Shown: positions 1 to 7,180, numbered from the stretch's first letter. The stretch is DNA of 11,260 bases from an uncultured archaeon (GCA_964426185.1 CAYRPF010000001.1:45767-57026); one strand, 5' to 3'. Notes: generated by a model from the letters alone, not told the origin. Translations and numbers: made by a program.

Positions 1-2
1 TT

Positions 3-725
3 GAAGCATTTAGTCAGTTTAAGCATTTACCTTATCGCTGGTCTGGTCGGAAAGTTAAAATATTTCTGAGCCAACAAGGATTTCTAAGTTATCAGAGATC
101 AAAGCCTGCAGGATACATTTTGGATATCTCAGCAATTGATGAATTTAGAAAGAAAGGCATTATTGAAGAAGAAGTCAAGAAGTCGAAATCAGAATCCTCA
201 AAAAAACCTAAGATTTCGTCCACATCAATTACCGTCTCTCAAGAATCTATTTTACAAACCATCCCCAATTTTCCTCAATATTTGCTTAAACGCATGCCAA
301 AACAAGCCAGGTCGGCTTTTCGTCTGGGTTTATCTCAAATAAATTCTCTTTCTTCAAAAAAAATTGATATCATGATTGAATATTTAACTGCAGCTAAGAT
401 CTTTTTTGATACTTCCTATACTAACGAAAGAGAATTAGTTGCAGCTATCGATCAAAAAATTCGTTTCATGTCAGAAATTTCAGAAAAACGACATAATGAA
501 AATGTGGATAAGATTTTTCAAAAAACCTTCACTGAATTTTATAATAGCGGAAAATTCTCATCAATTATTAAAAATTGGGGAGAAAAATATCAGATAGAGG
601 AATGTGCTTATCAAATTTGGAAAAAAATGGGTAGAAAAGCCAAGAAAATTCCAATCTCTGATTATGCACTCCGGAAGATGATTATATCTACATTGAAGGA
701 AAAATTCCCAGAAAAATCAGCTTAA
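3..725 (+). CDS. Hypothetical protein, 5'-truncated by the window edge; basic and helical, possibly nucleic-acid binding
   Basis: The frame of the 120..725 ORF has no stop back to base 3 (EAFSQFKHLPYRWSGRKVKIFLSQQGFLSYQRSKPAGYILDIS...), so the TTG at 120 is probably not the true start. A Lys/Ser-rich linker (KKSKSESSKKPKISSTS) is followed by a helical domain. No family motif recognised. Confidence 0.75.
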   Translation, partial: EAFSQFKHLPYRWSGRKVKIFLSQQGFLSYQRSKPAGYILDISAIDEFRKKGIIEEEVKKSKSESSKKPKISSTSITVSQESILQTIPNFPQYLLKRMPKQARSAFRLGLSQINSLSSKKIDIMIEYLTAAKIFFDTSYTNERELVAAIDQKIRFMSEISEKRHNENVDKIFQKTFTEFYNSGKFSSIIKNWGEKYQIEECAYQIWKKMGRKAKKIPISDYALRKMIISTLKEKFPEKSA

Positions 726-756
726 AATTTTTTTACTGGCTTGTATTATTCAAAAT

Positions 757-1980
757 ATGGGAAAAATTCAAGAAAATCGTATCAAGAATATTCAAAAATC
801 CCTTCAATCTCTCAATTCTCTTCAATCAGATGAAAATAAAATAGATGGCTGGTTATTCTATGATTTTCACAATCGGGATCCACTTGCTTATCGCATTCTT
901 TTATTGGATGAGCAAGCTTTTCATTCTCGCCGTTGGTATTACTTCATTCCCACAAATGGTTCACCCCAAAAGGTGGTAAGTTCCGTTGAACCCAATGTAT
1001 TGAATGAATTACCTGGAAAAAAGAATATTTACCTTTCATTGCAGCAAAAAAAAGATTTTTTTACTCAAATTCTATCGTCCAATAAAAATATATTAATGAA
1101 CTATTCTCCTATGAATGATGTGCCTTATGTTTCTATGGTAGATGCCGGAACCTTTGAATTCATCCAAAATTTCGGCTGTTCTATTCGCTCTGCCCAAGAA
1201 TTAATTCAAAAATTTGAAGGTTTGGTAGATAATCAAGCATTTAAAACTCATAAAGAAGCGGGGAAAATTATGCATGAAATCATGCAGAAATCCTTTTCAG
1301 AAATCAGTCGTCGGCTTCGTGAAGGAATATCTTGCAGAGAGATTGATATCAAGAAATTCATTCAACAACAATATGCTGAAAATAATTTAATCTCGGATGG
1401 AAGCCCGGAAGTTGCCATCAACAAGAATGCAGCCGATCCCCATTATTTTCCAACCGAAGAAAGCCCATCTATGAAAGAAGGAGATTTGGTTCTAATTGAT
1501 TCATGGGCAAAATTAAATAAACCAGGCTCTGTTTATTATGATTTCACTTGGATGGCCTATATCGGTAGAGAAATTCCTGAAAGGATCCAAAATGTGTGGA
1601 ATATTGTGCGGTCGGCGCGCGATGCAGCTATTGAATTTGAACGAAAGAAACTCAGCAGTGGAGAGCCTTGTTATGGATTTGAAGTAGATAATGTGTGCAG
1701 AAAAGTGATTGGTGATGCTGGATTTGGAAAATTCTTCTTACACAGAACAGGACATTCAATCGGTCAAGAAGTTCACGGAAATGCAGTCAATATCGACGGA
1801 TTAGAAACTAGAGATACGCGCCAAATACAACCTGGAGTACTGCACTCGGTAGAACCTGGAATATATTTAGCCAAGGAAGGTATCGGAATTCGCTCGGAAG
1901 TTGATGTTTATGTGGATAAAGACAGAAATGTTAAGGTCACTGGGCCAATCCAACAAGAAATTGTGAAAATTCAACCATAG
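757..1980 (+). CDS. M24B family Xaa-Pro aminopeptidase/prolidase-like metallopeptidase
   Basis: All five pita-bread-fold metal ligands are present: LIDSWA (D), YYDFTW (D), HRTGHSIG (H), SVEPGIY (E), GIRSEVDV (E). The substrate His is in ADPHY. N-terminal creatinase-like domain with DGWLFYDF and RRWYYFIP. Confidence 0.93.
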   Translation: MGKIQENRIKNIQKSLQSLNSLQSDENKIDGWLFYDFHNRDPLAYRILLLDEQAFHSRRWYYFIPTNGSPQKVVSSVEPNVLNELPGKKNIYLSLQQKKDFFTQILSSNKNILMNYSPMNDVPYVSMVDAGTFEFIQNFGCSIRSAQELIQKFEGLVDNQAFKTHKEAGKIMHEIMQKSFSEISRRLREGISCREIDIKKFIQQQYAENNLISDGSPEVAINKNAADPHYFPTEESPSMKEGDLVLIDSWAKLNKPGSVYYDFTWMAYIGREIPERIQNVWNIVRSARDAAIEFERKKLSSGEPCYGFEVDNVCRKVIGDAGFGKFFLHRTGHSIGQEVHGNAVNIDGLETRDTRQIQPGVLHSVEPGIYLAKEGIGIRSEVDVYVDKDRNVKVTGPIQQEIVKIQP

Positions 1981-1985
1981 AAAGC

Positions 1986-2007
1986 TTTTTGTTATTTTGT
2001 ATTTTTT
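1986..2007 (+). terminator. Putative archaeal-type oligo-T terminator
   Basis: TTTTTGTTATTTTGTATTTTTT begins 6 nt after the TAG of the M24 gene; no GC hairpin. Confidence 0.45.
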
Positions 2008-2028
2008 AATTAAAGACAAATGATGTAG

Positions 2029-2036
2029 TTTATAAA
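2029..2036 (+). promoter_or_regulatory. Putative archaeal TATA box for the M1 aminopeptidase gene
   Basis: TTTATAAA ends 30 nt upstream of the ATG at 2066, which fits a short-leader or near-leaderless archaeal transcript. Confidence 0.5.
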
Positions 2037-2065
2037 TGGTTTGTGATTAATCGGCATGATTGAAT

Positions 2066-4648
2066 ATGCCGATTGATTCTCTATTTAATTCAGCAAATCT
2101 GAGGCGAGGTGAGTTTTCCCGTGAAAGTACGCCTCTTAAATATCCCCCTGCGTTGGAATTTGAGCCGAAACATCAGACCATTTCTCTTTCTTTCTCTTTG
2201 GAAAATAAAATTGCAAAAGGTTTTGTGGAAACCCAGTTAATCTCCAAGGTTCAAGCCGCCCAAGTAATTAAATACGATGCAGTTAATTTGAATGTTGAAA
2301 AAGTTGAAGGTCCAGATGAATGGCACTATAACGGTACAGAATTGACTTGTATTTGGAAAAATCCTATCCCCAAAGGTCAAGCTGCAAGAACTAAGGTATA
2401 CTATAGCATTGATCACCCTATTTCTGGTTTATATTTTAGTTATCCTGATGAAAAATATCCCAACCGTCCTAAATACGCCGCCACCGATGTGGAATCCATC
2501 CGTGCTCGCTATTGGCTTCCCTGTATAGACCACCTCAGCGTTCGGTGCACTCTTGATTTCTTCCTAACATCTGAAAGTTCCCACATAATACTGGCTAACG
2601 GAAAATTAATTTCTGAAGATATTGGAGAAGATGGCAAGAAAACCGCTCATTGGAAGTTGGATTTTCCATGTCCCAGCTATTTAATCACCTTTGCTGTAGG
2701 TGAATTTATTGAATATAAGGATCGGGATGCAGATTCTGGTAGAGAAATGATCCCAGTTTCATATTACACAACAAAAAACTTTATGGTTAATGATCTGGGA
2801 AAAAGTTTTTCGGGAACTCCTGAATTTATTGAATGGATGGTTAGAAAATTCAAATGTCCACTAGAATGGCCCAAATATTTCCAAATTGCTTCAACTCTAC
2901 ATAGAGGTGCCATGGAAAATATCTCATTAGTTACATGGGGCGATTTTGCTATAATGGATGAACGTACCCGAAAGGAATTCAAATGGTTAGTTGATTCTAT
3001 AAATGTTCATGAGCTTTCTCATTCATGGTTTGGAGATATGATTGTGTGTCAAGATTTTGCTCACGCCTGGCTTAAGGAAAGCTGGGCAACTTATGTAGAA
3101 AAATTATATTATGAAGATTTCTTTGGAGAAGAGGAATATCTCTATGGAATGTATGAAGATCGTCGCGATTATATGCGCGAAAGCGATGAACGCTATGCCC
3201 GACCTATTGTAACCAAAAAATACGAATCGTCGTGGGATATGTACGATAATCATCTTTATCCGGGGGGTTCATTTCGACTGCACATGTTGCGTAAAAAAAT
3301 CGGAGATGATGCCTTTTTTGCAGCCACAAGCGATTATTTGAATACTTTTAAGGGAAAAACGGTGGAAACGGTGGATTTCCAGCGTAAATTAGAAGATTAT
3401 TCCGGAATGAACTTGGAACCATTCTTTGATCAATGGTTTTATAGCGCGGGATATCCCAAGTTGAAGGCAGAATTCTCATATGATGAAAAAAATCGAATGG
3501 TGCAAATTAGGCTGGTGCAAAACCAAGTCGATGAAAAGAGTAAAATCGGGGTTTTTCATTTTCCATTAGTTATTGCGTGGGAAACTTCAGAAGGTGAATT
3601 TAACAATCGAAAATATGAAATAACCCAAAAAGTGCAGAATTTATACTTTGAATGCGCTAGAAAGCCTCTCCAGGTGCGTATCGATCCGGAATTTCACCAA
3701 TTATACAGCTTGGAATTTAATCCCGGCCAAGATATGTTGATAAGACAACTTAATACCGACGTAATCATAGGAAAAATTCACGCTGCTTATGAATTGGGCA
3801 AAATTGGAACCCATAAATCGATTTTAGCCATCTTTAATCAATACCAAGTTGAGAAATTCTGGGGGCTCAAAGTAGAGTTTATTAAGGCGATTCTTTCCAG
3901 CTACAACTATTATGCTATAGAATCTGCAGTAAGATTACTTAATCAGGAGCAAGATCCAAAGGTTCTGTTCCACACTATCTCACTACTGGAAGGGAAACGT
4001 CATAAAATTGTAGTAAAAATGATAAAGAATTTTGTGGAACGACCTGAATTCTTCTATTATTCCAAGGGAATGGCGCTTAAAGTATTAGGAAGTCAGCGTA
4101 ACGATGAAATGTGGGAGTATCTTTCTTCATATTCCATTAAAGAAGATTTCAACGGTATAATAGAAGGTGCCCTTTACCAAGCGATAGGAAAACTTCGCAC
4201 TGAGAAGGCACTTACATTTCTGAAAGATCGCCTGCTTTATGGCTCTGTTGATGATAATCTTCGACAAAAGGTATATATTGCTGTGGGAGACGCACTCACT
4301 TGGGCGGATAAGCGCGTTAAAGAGCAATTTCTTGAATTATTCCAAACTGAATTGGAGATTCTTATTCAAGAAATGGATCTACTTTACCTTGGAATGGTGA
4401 TGCGTAATTTGAAAATTTCTCAAGTAGTTGGGTTGCTCGAGGCATTAAAATCTCGGATTTCCAGCCAATACCATCCCAGATTGGAAAAATGGATTGAAAA
4501 TACTCAAAAAAAGGAAACTTCTGAAGAATCATCCAAACAAAAAACGGAAAAGGTGGAAAAATTAGAAAAAATTTTGGGTAAATTGGTAGATCGCGTAGAA
4601 AAATTGGAAAATAAACTGTTTCCAGCCGAAAAAAATGATAAAAAATAA
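2066..4648 (+). CDS. pepN: M1 family zinc aminopeptidase (aminopeptidase N-like) with C-terminal HEAT-like repeats and coiled-coil tail
   Basis: GAMEN exopeptidase motif at 2906-2920. HELSH at 3008-3022 followed by x18-E (WLKES, E at 3077-3079). Catalytic Tyr in DNHLYPGG. N-terminal ARYWLPCID and PSYLITFAVG motifs. Helical repeats in the C-terminal third, ending in heptads (VEKLEKILGKLVDRVEKLENKL). ATG 2066 is preferred over TTG 2060. Confidence 0.94.
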   Translation: MPIDSLFNSANLRRGEFSRESTPLKYPPALEFEPKHQTISLSFSLENKIAKGFVETQLISKVQAAQVIKYDAVNLNVEKVEGPDEWHYNGTELTCIWKNPIPKGQAARTKVYYSIDHPISGLYFSYPDEKYPNRPKYAATDVESIRARYWLPCIDHLSVRCTLDFFLTSESSHIILANGKLISEDIGEDGKKTAHWKLDFPCPSYLITFAVGEFIEYKDRDADSGREMIPVSYYTTKNFMVNDLGKSFSGTPEFIEWMVRKFKCPLEWPKYFQIASTLHRGAMENISLVTWGDFAIMDERTRKEFKWLVDSINVHELSHSWFGDMIVCQDFAHAWLKESWATYVEKLYYEDFFGEEEYLYGMYEDRRDYMRESDERYARPIVTKKYESSWDMYDNHLYPGGSFRLHMLRKKIGDDAFFAATSDYLNTFKGKTVETVDFQRKLEDYSGMNLEPFFDQWFYSAGYPKLKAEFSYDEKNRMVQIRLVQNQVDEKSKIGVFHFPLVIAWETSEGEFNNRKYEITQKVQNLYFECARKPLQVRIDPEFHQLYSLEFNPGQDMLIRQLNTDVIIGKIHAAYELGKIGTHKSILAIFNQYQVEKFWGLKVEFIKAILSSYNYYAIESAVRLLNQEQDPKVLFHTISLLEGKRHKIVVKMIKNFVERPEFFYYSKGMALKVLGSQRNDEMWEYLSSYSIKEDFNGIIEGALYQAIGKLRTEKALTFLKDRLLYGSVDDNLRQKVYIAVGDALTWADKRVKEQFLELFQTELEILIQEMDLLYLGMVMRNLKISQVVGLLEALKSRISSQYHPRLEKWIENTQKKETSEESSKQKTEKVEKLEKILGKLVDRVEKLENKLFPAEKNDKK

Positions 4649-4674
4649 TTGTATCGAGTGGAATTCTCAATATC

Positions 4675-4682
4675 TTTTTTTT
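4675..4682 (+). terminator. Putative oligo-T terminator (T8)
   Basis: Eight consecutive T, starting 27 nt after the M1 peptidase stop codon. Confidence 0.45.
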
Positions 4683-4745
4683 AACTTCAAAATGGTAATC
4701 AATACATTTTACATTAACGGAATATTTTCATTTGTGTGATTTTCT

Positions 4746-5087
4746 ATGAATGAAAATTTGTATCAATTAACTATTACCTCTGAAGCTTTGAAATACATTC
4801 GATCCGAAGGTTCCAACAAATATCAAGATGCATATACTTTAGTTTTAGCCGATTCTCATGCAATAGGAGGGGTAATCGTCCCTGAAATCCACCCCATTGA
4901 AGTGATTATGGGAAATATGCATTTTCGACAGATTTTTTCTCCAGACTATCGTGATTATGGCTTTCCAGTATACTTAGACAGAACTATGGAAAGAGAAGGC
5001 TATGTTCCTGAACATATGCTAATTGATTATGAATTAACACATGCTGGAATGGATTTGGTTTTTAAAAATCCTGATTTCGAGAATTAA
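4746..5087 (+). CDS. Hypothetical protein, probable degenerate HesB/IscA (A-type carrier) fold lacking all cysteines
   Basis: 113 aa with the structural signatures of IscA/HesB in order: LTITSEALKYI, GFPVYLD, LIDYE, LVFKNP. There is no Cys in the protein. The CDS itself is likely real; the fold call is tentative. Confidence 0.6.
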   Translation: MNENLYQLTITSEALKYIRSEGSNKYQDAYTLVLADSHAIGGVIVPEIHPIEVIMGNMHFRQIFSPDYRDYGFPVYLDRTMEREGYVPEHMLIDYELTHAGMDLVFKNPDFEN

Positions 5088-5089
5088 TC

Positions 5090-6076
5090 ATGATGAAATA
5101 TAATTATTTGGGTCATGGGATTTTGCACAAAGATAAGGTCAGGCATCTTCTATTCTCTGATGACGGGCATTTTTGTTATTCGGCAGGATGGGATAAAACC
5201 ATTGTTAAATGGAATATAAAGCAGATCAAAGACCAAAATATTTATCCAGAGTGGAGATTTTGGGGACATAATGCCCCAGTTTCAGCAATTGTAATCATAT
5301 TTCCTGAAAGTTTGCTGATTTCCGGGGATAAGAAAGGATTCCTATTTGTGTGGGATACAAATAAAGGCAATTTAATATTACAAACAAAAACCTTGCATCC
5401 GAAAATTACCGCTTTAACTGTAAGTAAAGAATTTACATCGAATTTGCCTATTAAATTTTACAGTGGTGGTTCTGATGGAAAAATAACTTTATGGGAGCTT
5501 TTTAGAAACCTCGAAATTGCTAACAAACCATGGAATATAAGAAAAATCAAGATTTTCTCCGGACCATCGCAACCGATCCATCAAATTCGTGAAGATTTGA
5601 TACATAATAGACTGATTTGTAGCGGAGATGAGTCTTTAGTATATATATGGGATATAGGTAAGCATGAAAGTCCACCCATAACGCTGAGTTATCCCGAAAA
5701 AATTATATTTTCCTTTGATTTAGCAATATCTAAAGATATGGGATTAATTTTATGCGGAGGACAGAAAAAAGCCTTGTATTTGATTGAATATATTCAAAAT
5801 ACCCCTGCAATCTTGCTGGATCGGGTGAAAACTTCCGCACCTATTAGTTTTATCCGCTATAACCCAGAAACCCAGCAATGGCTGGTATGCGATTTTAAAG
5901 GTTGTTTCTCTATTTATTCTATAAAAAACGAAAAAATTTTGAAAGAAAATGATTTTATCTTGGAAAATTTGCAAAATATGCTCTTTATCGGCCTCAACCG
6001 TGATTGGAGATATTTGGCAGTTTCTTCATGTTCTGATCTAACTCATCAAATTCAGTTTTTTCGCCAATTAAACTAA
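5090..6076 (+). CDS. WD40-repeat beta-propeller protein (about 7 blades)
   Basis: Clear repeats: HKDKV...SAGWDKTIVKWN; GHNAPV...SGDKKGFLFVWD; HPKIT...SGGSDGKITLWE; GPSQPI...SGDESLVYIWD; plus three degenerate ones. Only 2 nt separate it from the upstream stop (TAAtcATG). No signal peptide is apparent. Confidence 0.9.
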   Translation: MMKYNYLGHGILHKDKVRHLLFSDDGHFCYSAGWDKTIVKWNIKQIKDQNIYPEWRFWGHNAPVSAIVIIFPESLLISGDKKGFLFVWDTNKGNLILQTKTLHPKITALTVSKEFTSNLPIKFYSGGSDGKITLWELFRNLEIANKPWNIRKIKIFSGPSQPIHQIREDLIHNRLICSGDESLVYIWDIGKHESPPITLSYPEKIIFSFDLAISKDMGLILCGGQKKALYLIEYIQNTPAILLDRVKTSAPISFIRYNPETQQWLVCDFKGCFSIYSIKNEKILKENDFILENLQNMLFIGLNRDWRYLAVSSCSDLTHQIQFFRQLN

Positions 6077-6119
6077 TTATTTAAATAATCTGCGGAGAAA
6101 TTTTCTAGTCACCTTTATA

Positions 6120-6461
6120 ATGGCCATATCTACCTTGTTTTTAGAAGGTTGTAGAATGCTCTTTGAAATACTAATTATTTGCCTTTGCATAATACTATTG
6201 ATAATAATCGTTTTAGGGATTCATTTGGTAAATAACAATGAACGATTGGGCGAATGGAGCACATATCCAAATGCAAATCTTTACCCCGATGAGCATCATA
6301 CACCATATATGGGTTTTCCCGCTCATCAGATTGTCCCGATTAAATTGAAATTCTGCCCTAAATGCGGTGAACCAATTACCAATTTAATGAAAATGCGGTT
6401 AGCACAAGGTCTAGTTACTTTTTGCGAAAATTGCGGTTGCCGCATCAACCCCGAAATTTAA
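6120..6461 (+). CDS. Single-pass membrane protein with C-terminal zinc ribbon
   Basis: Hydrophobic segment ILIICLCIILLIIIVLGIHLV, a Pro/Tyr-rich linker, then two knuckles CPKCG and CENCG. An alternative start at ATG 6156 lies downstream of a TTTATAA box at 6114-6120. Confidence 0.78.
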   Translation: MAISTLFLEGCRMLFEILIICLCIILLIIIVLGIHLVNNNERLGEWSTYPNANLYPDEHHTPYMGFPAHQIVPIKLKFCPKCGEPITNLMKMRLAQGLVTFCENCGCRINPEI

Positions 6462-6522
6462 TTTTAAGATTTAACTCGTTTTTCATATTTTTTCCGAATA
6501 ATGTCTTGATTTAAGGGGAGAC

Positions 6523-6547
6523 TATTTAACCTAACATCAGTTAAATA
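6523..6547. promoter_or_regulatory. Inverted repeat TATTTAAC-N9-GTTAAATA, candidate transcription-factor site
   Basis: Perfect 8-bp arms at 6523-6530 and 6540-6547, just upstream of a TATA-like TTTTATAC (6555-6562). Confidence 0.35.
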
Positions 6548-6554
6548 AAATTGC

Positions 6555-6562
6555 TTTTATAC
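6555..6562 (+). promoter_or_regulatory. Putative TATA box for the ATP-cone gene
   Basis: TTTTATAC about 55 nt upstream of ATG 6617. T-tracts at 6479-6493 probably terminate the upstream gene, implying a separate promoter. A GAGG SD-like motif lies at 6604-6607. Confidence 0.35.
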
Positions 6563-6591
6563 ATTTCACGCTTATTTGAAATAGAGGACAA

Positions 6592-6605
6592 TCAGTAATT
6601 ACTGA
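6592..6605. promoter_or_regulatory. Perfect 14-bp palindrome TCAGTAATTACTGA, candidate operator or RBS-masking hairpin
   Basis: Self-complementary. It ends 11 nt before ATG 6617 and overlaps the GAGG SD-like motif. Confidence 0.45.
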
Positions 6606-6616
6606 GGCACATCATT

Positions 6617-7180
6617 ATGTTTAAATTAAATTTTGATCCTAAGAAAGTCGAAGAAAAGCACATTATTAATCCTGAAGATCTCTTACCAAAAGAAGTAGAA
6701 ACCACAGATGGAAAAATCTCTCCGTTTGATGCGAAAAAAATAATAAAATCCCTGATGGTCGAAACTAAACTCGAAGAAGAAAAAGCAGTTCAAGTAACGA
6801 TAAACGTACTCCGAAAACTAGGCGGGTTGGGGTTGGAATTTATCGCAGCACCTCATTTACGAGAGTTAGTTTGTGGTGAATTAACGGCACAAGGATTACA
6901 TGAATATCGAAATCGCTATACTCGACTGGGAATTCCAATTTATGATGTTAAAAAATTGTTAACTGAACAGCGGGGCCAAAATTTTGCTTCCTTTCTAGCA
7001 GCCCAAGTGATAGAGCAATATGTTCATCTTGATAGGTTAAGTGAAGCCGCCGAAATTGTTATTGAACAAATTTCTCATTACACTAAAAATTTACCAGAAG
7101 AAGAGAGAACTTTAATTGAAAGCGCCATGGAAAATGCTCTAAAATTATATAATGAAAAAAAGAAGAAACATTTGGTTTAA
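6617..7180 (+). CDS. Stand-alone ATP-cone domain protein related to the N-terminus of archaeal class III ribonucleotide reductase (NrdD); no catalytic domain
   Basis: VETTDGKISPFDAKKIIKSLMVET...IAAPHLRELVCGEL fits the ATP-cone pattern (V..DG....FD..KI...L..ET...P.IRE.V...L). It is followed by YTRLGIPIYDV and AAQVIEQYVHL, which resemble the segment after the cone in archaeal NrdD. The protein is only 187 aa and has no glycyl-radical or catalytic Cys region. Confidence 0.82.
   Translation: MFKLNFDPKKVEEKHIINPEDLLPKEVETTDGKISPFDAKKIIKSLMVETKLEEEKAVQVTINVLRKLGGLGLEFIAAPHLRELVCGELTAQGLHEYRNRYTRLGIPIYDVKKLLTEQRGQNFASFLAAQVIEQYVHLDRLSEAAEIVIEQISHYTKNLPEEERTLIESAMENALKLYNEKKKKHLV

Noticed and set aside
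4500-4648. Recurrent GAAAAA / GTRGAAAAATTRGAAAA sequences
   Set aside because: Explained by the Glu/Lys-rich coiled coil (VEKLE twice), not an independent DNA repeat.
4692-4745. In-frame upstream ATG (4692) and TGA (4737-4739) before the HesB-like ORF, suggesting selenocysteine read-through
   Set aside because: The TGA lies before the start of the fold, not at a Cys-equivalent position. The extension (MVINTFYINGIFSFV) looks like AT-rich intergenic noise, and no SECIS-like hairpin was seen.
757-6076. M24, M1-HEAT and WD40 folds echo eukaryotic Spt16, TAF2 and TAF5, suggesting a proto-TFIID/FACT cluster
   Set aside because: Both peptidases keep full catalytic sites, the WD40 lacks a TAF5 N-terminal domain, terminator-like tracts separate the genes, and all three folds are common. 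Only the M1/TAF2 relationship was kept as a finding.
6076-6106. Palindromes ATTATTTAAATAAT (6076-6089) and AGAAA-T-TTTCT (6096-6106)
   Set aside because: They are almost entirely A/T and expected by chance in AT-rich spacers; the first may simply be a TATA element.
6120-7180. Zn ribbon gene next to an ATP-cone gene, read as a split NrdR
   Set aside because: The Zn ribbon is membrane-anchored and lacks the NrdR MxCPxC and RRRReC motifs. T-tracts and a 155-nt spacer separate the genes.
6617-7180. Calling this gene nrdD or a frameshifted nrdD pseudogene
   Set aside because: There is no catalytic or glycyl-radical domain. No continuation in another frame is possible because the convergent ABC ATPase gene follows after 21 nt.
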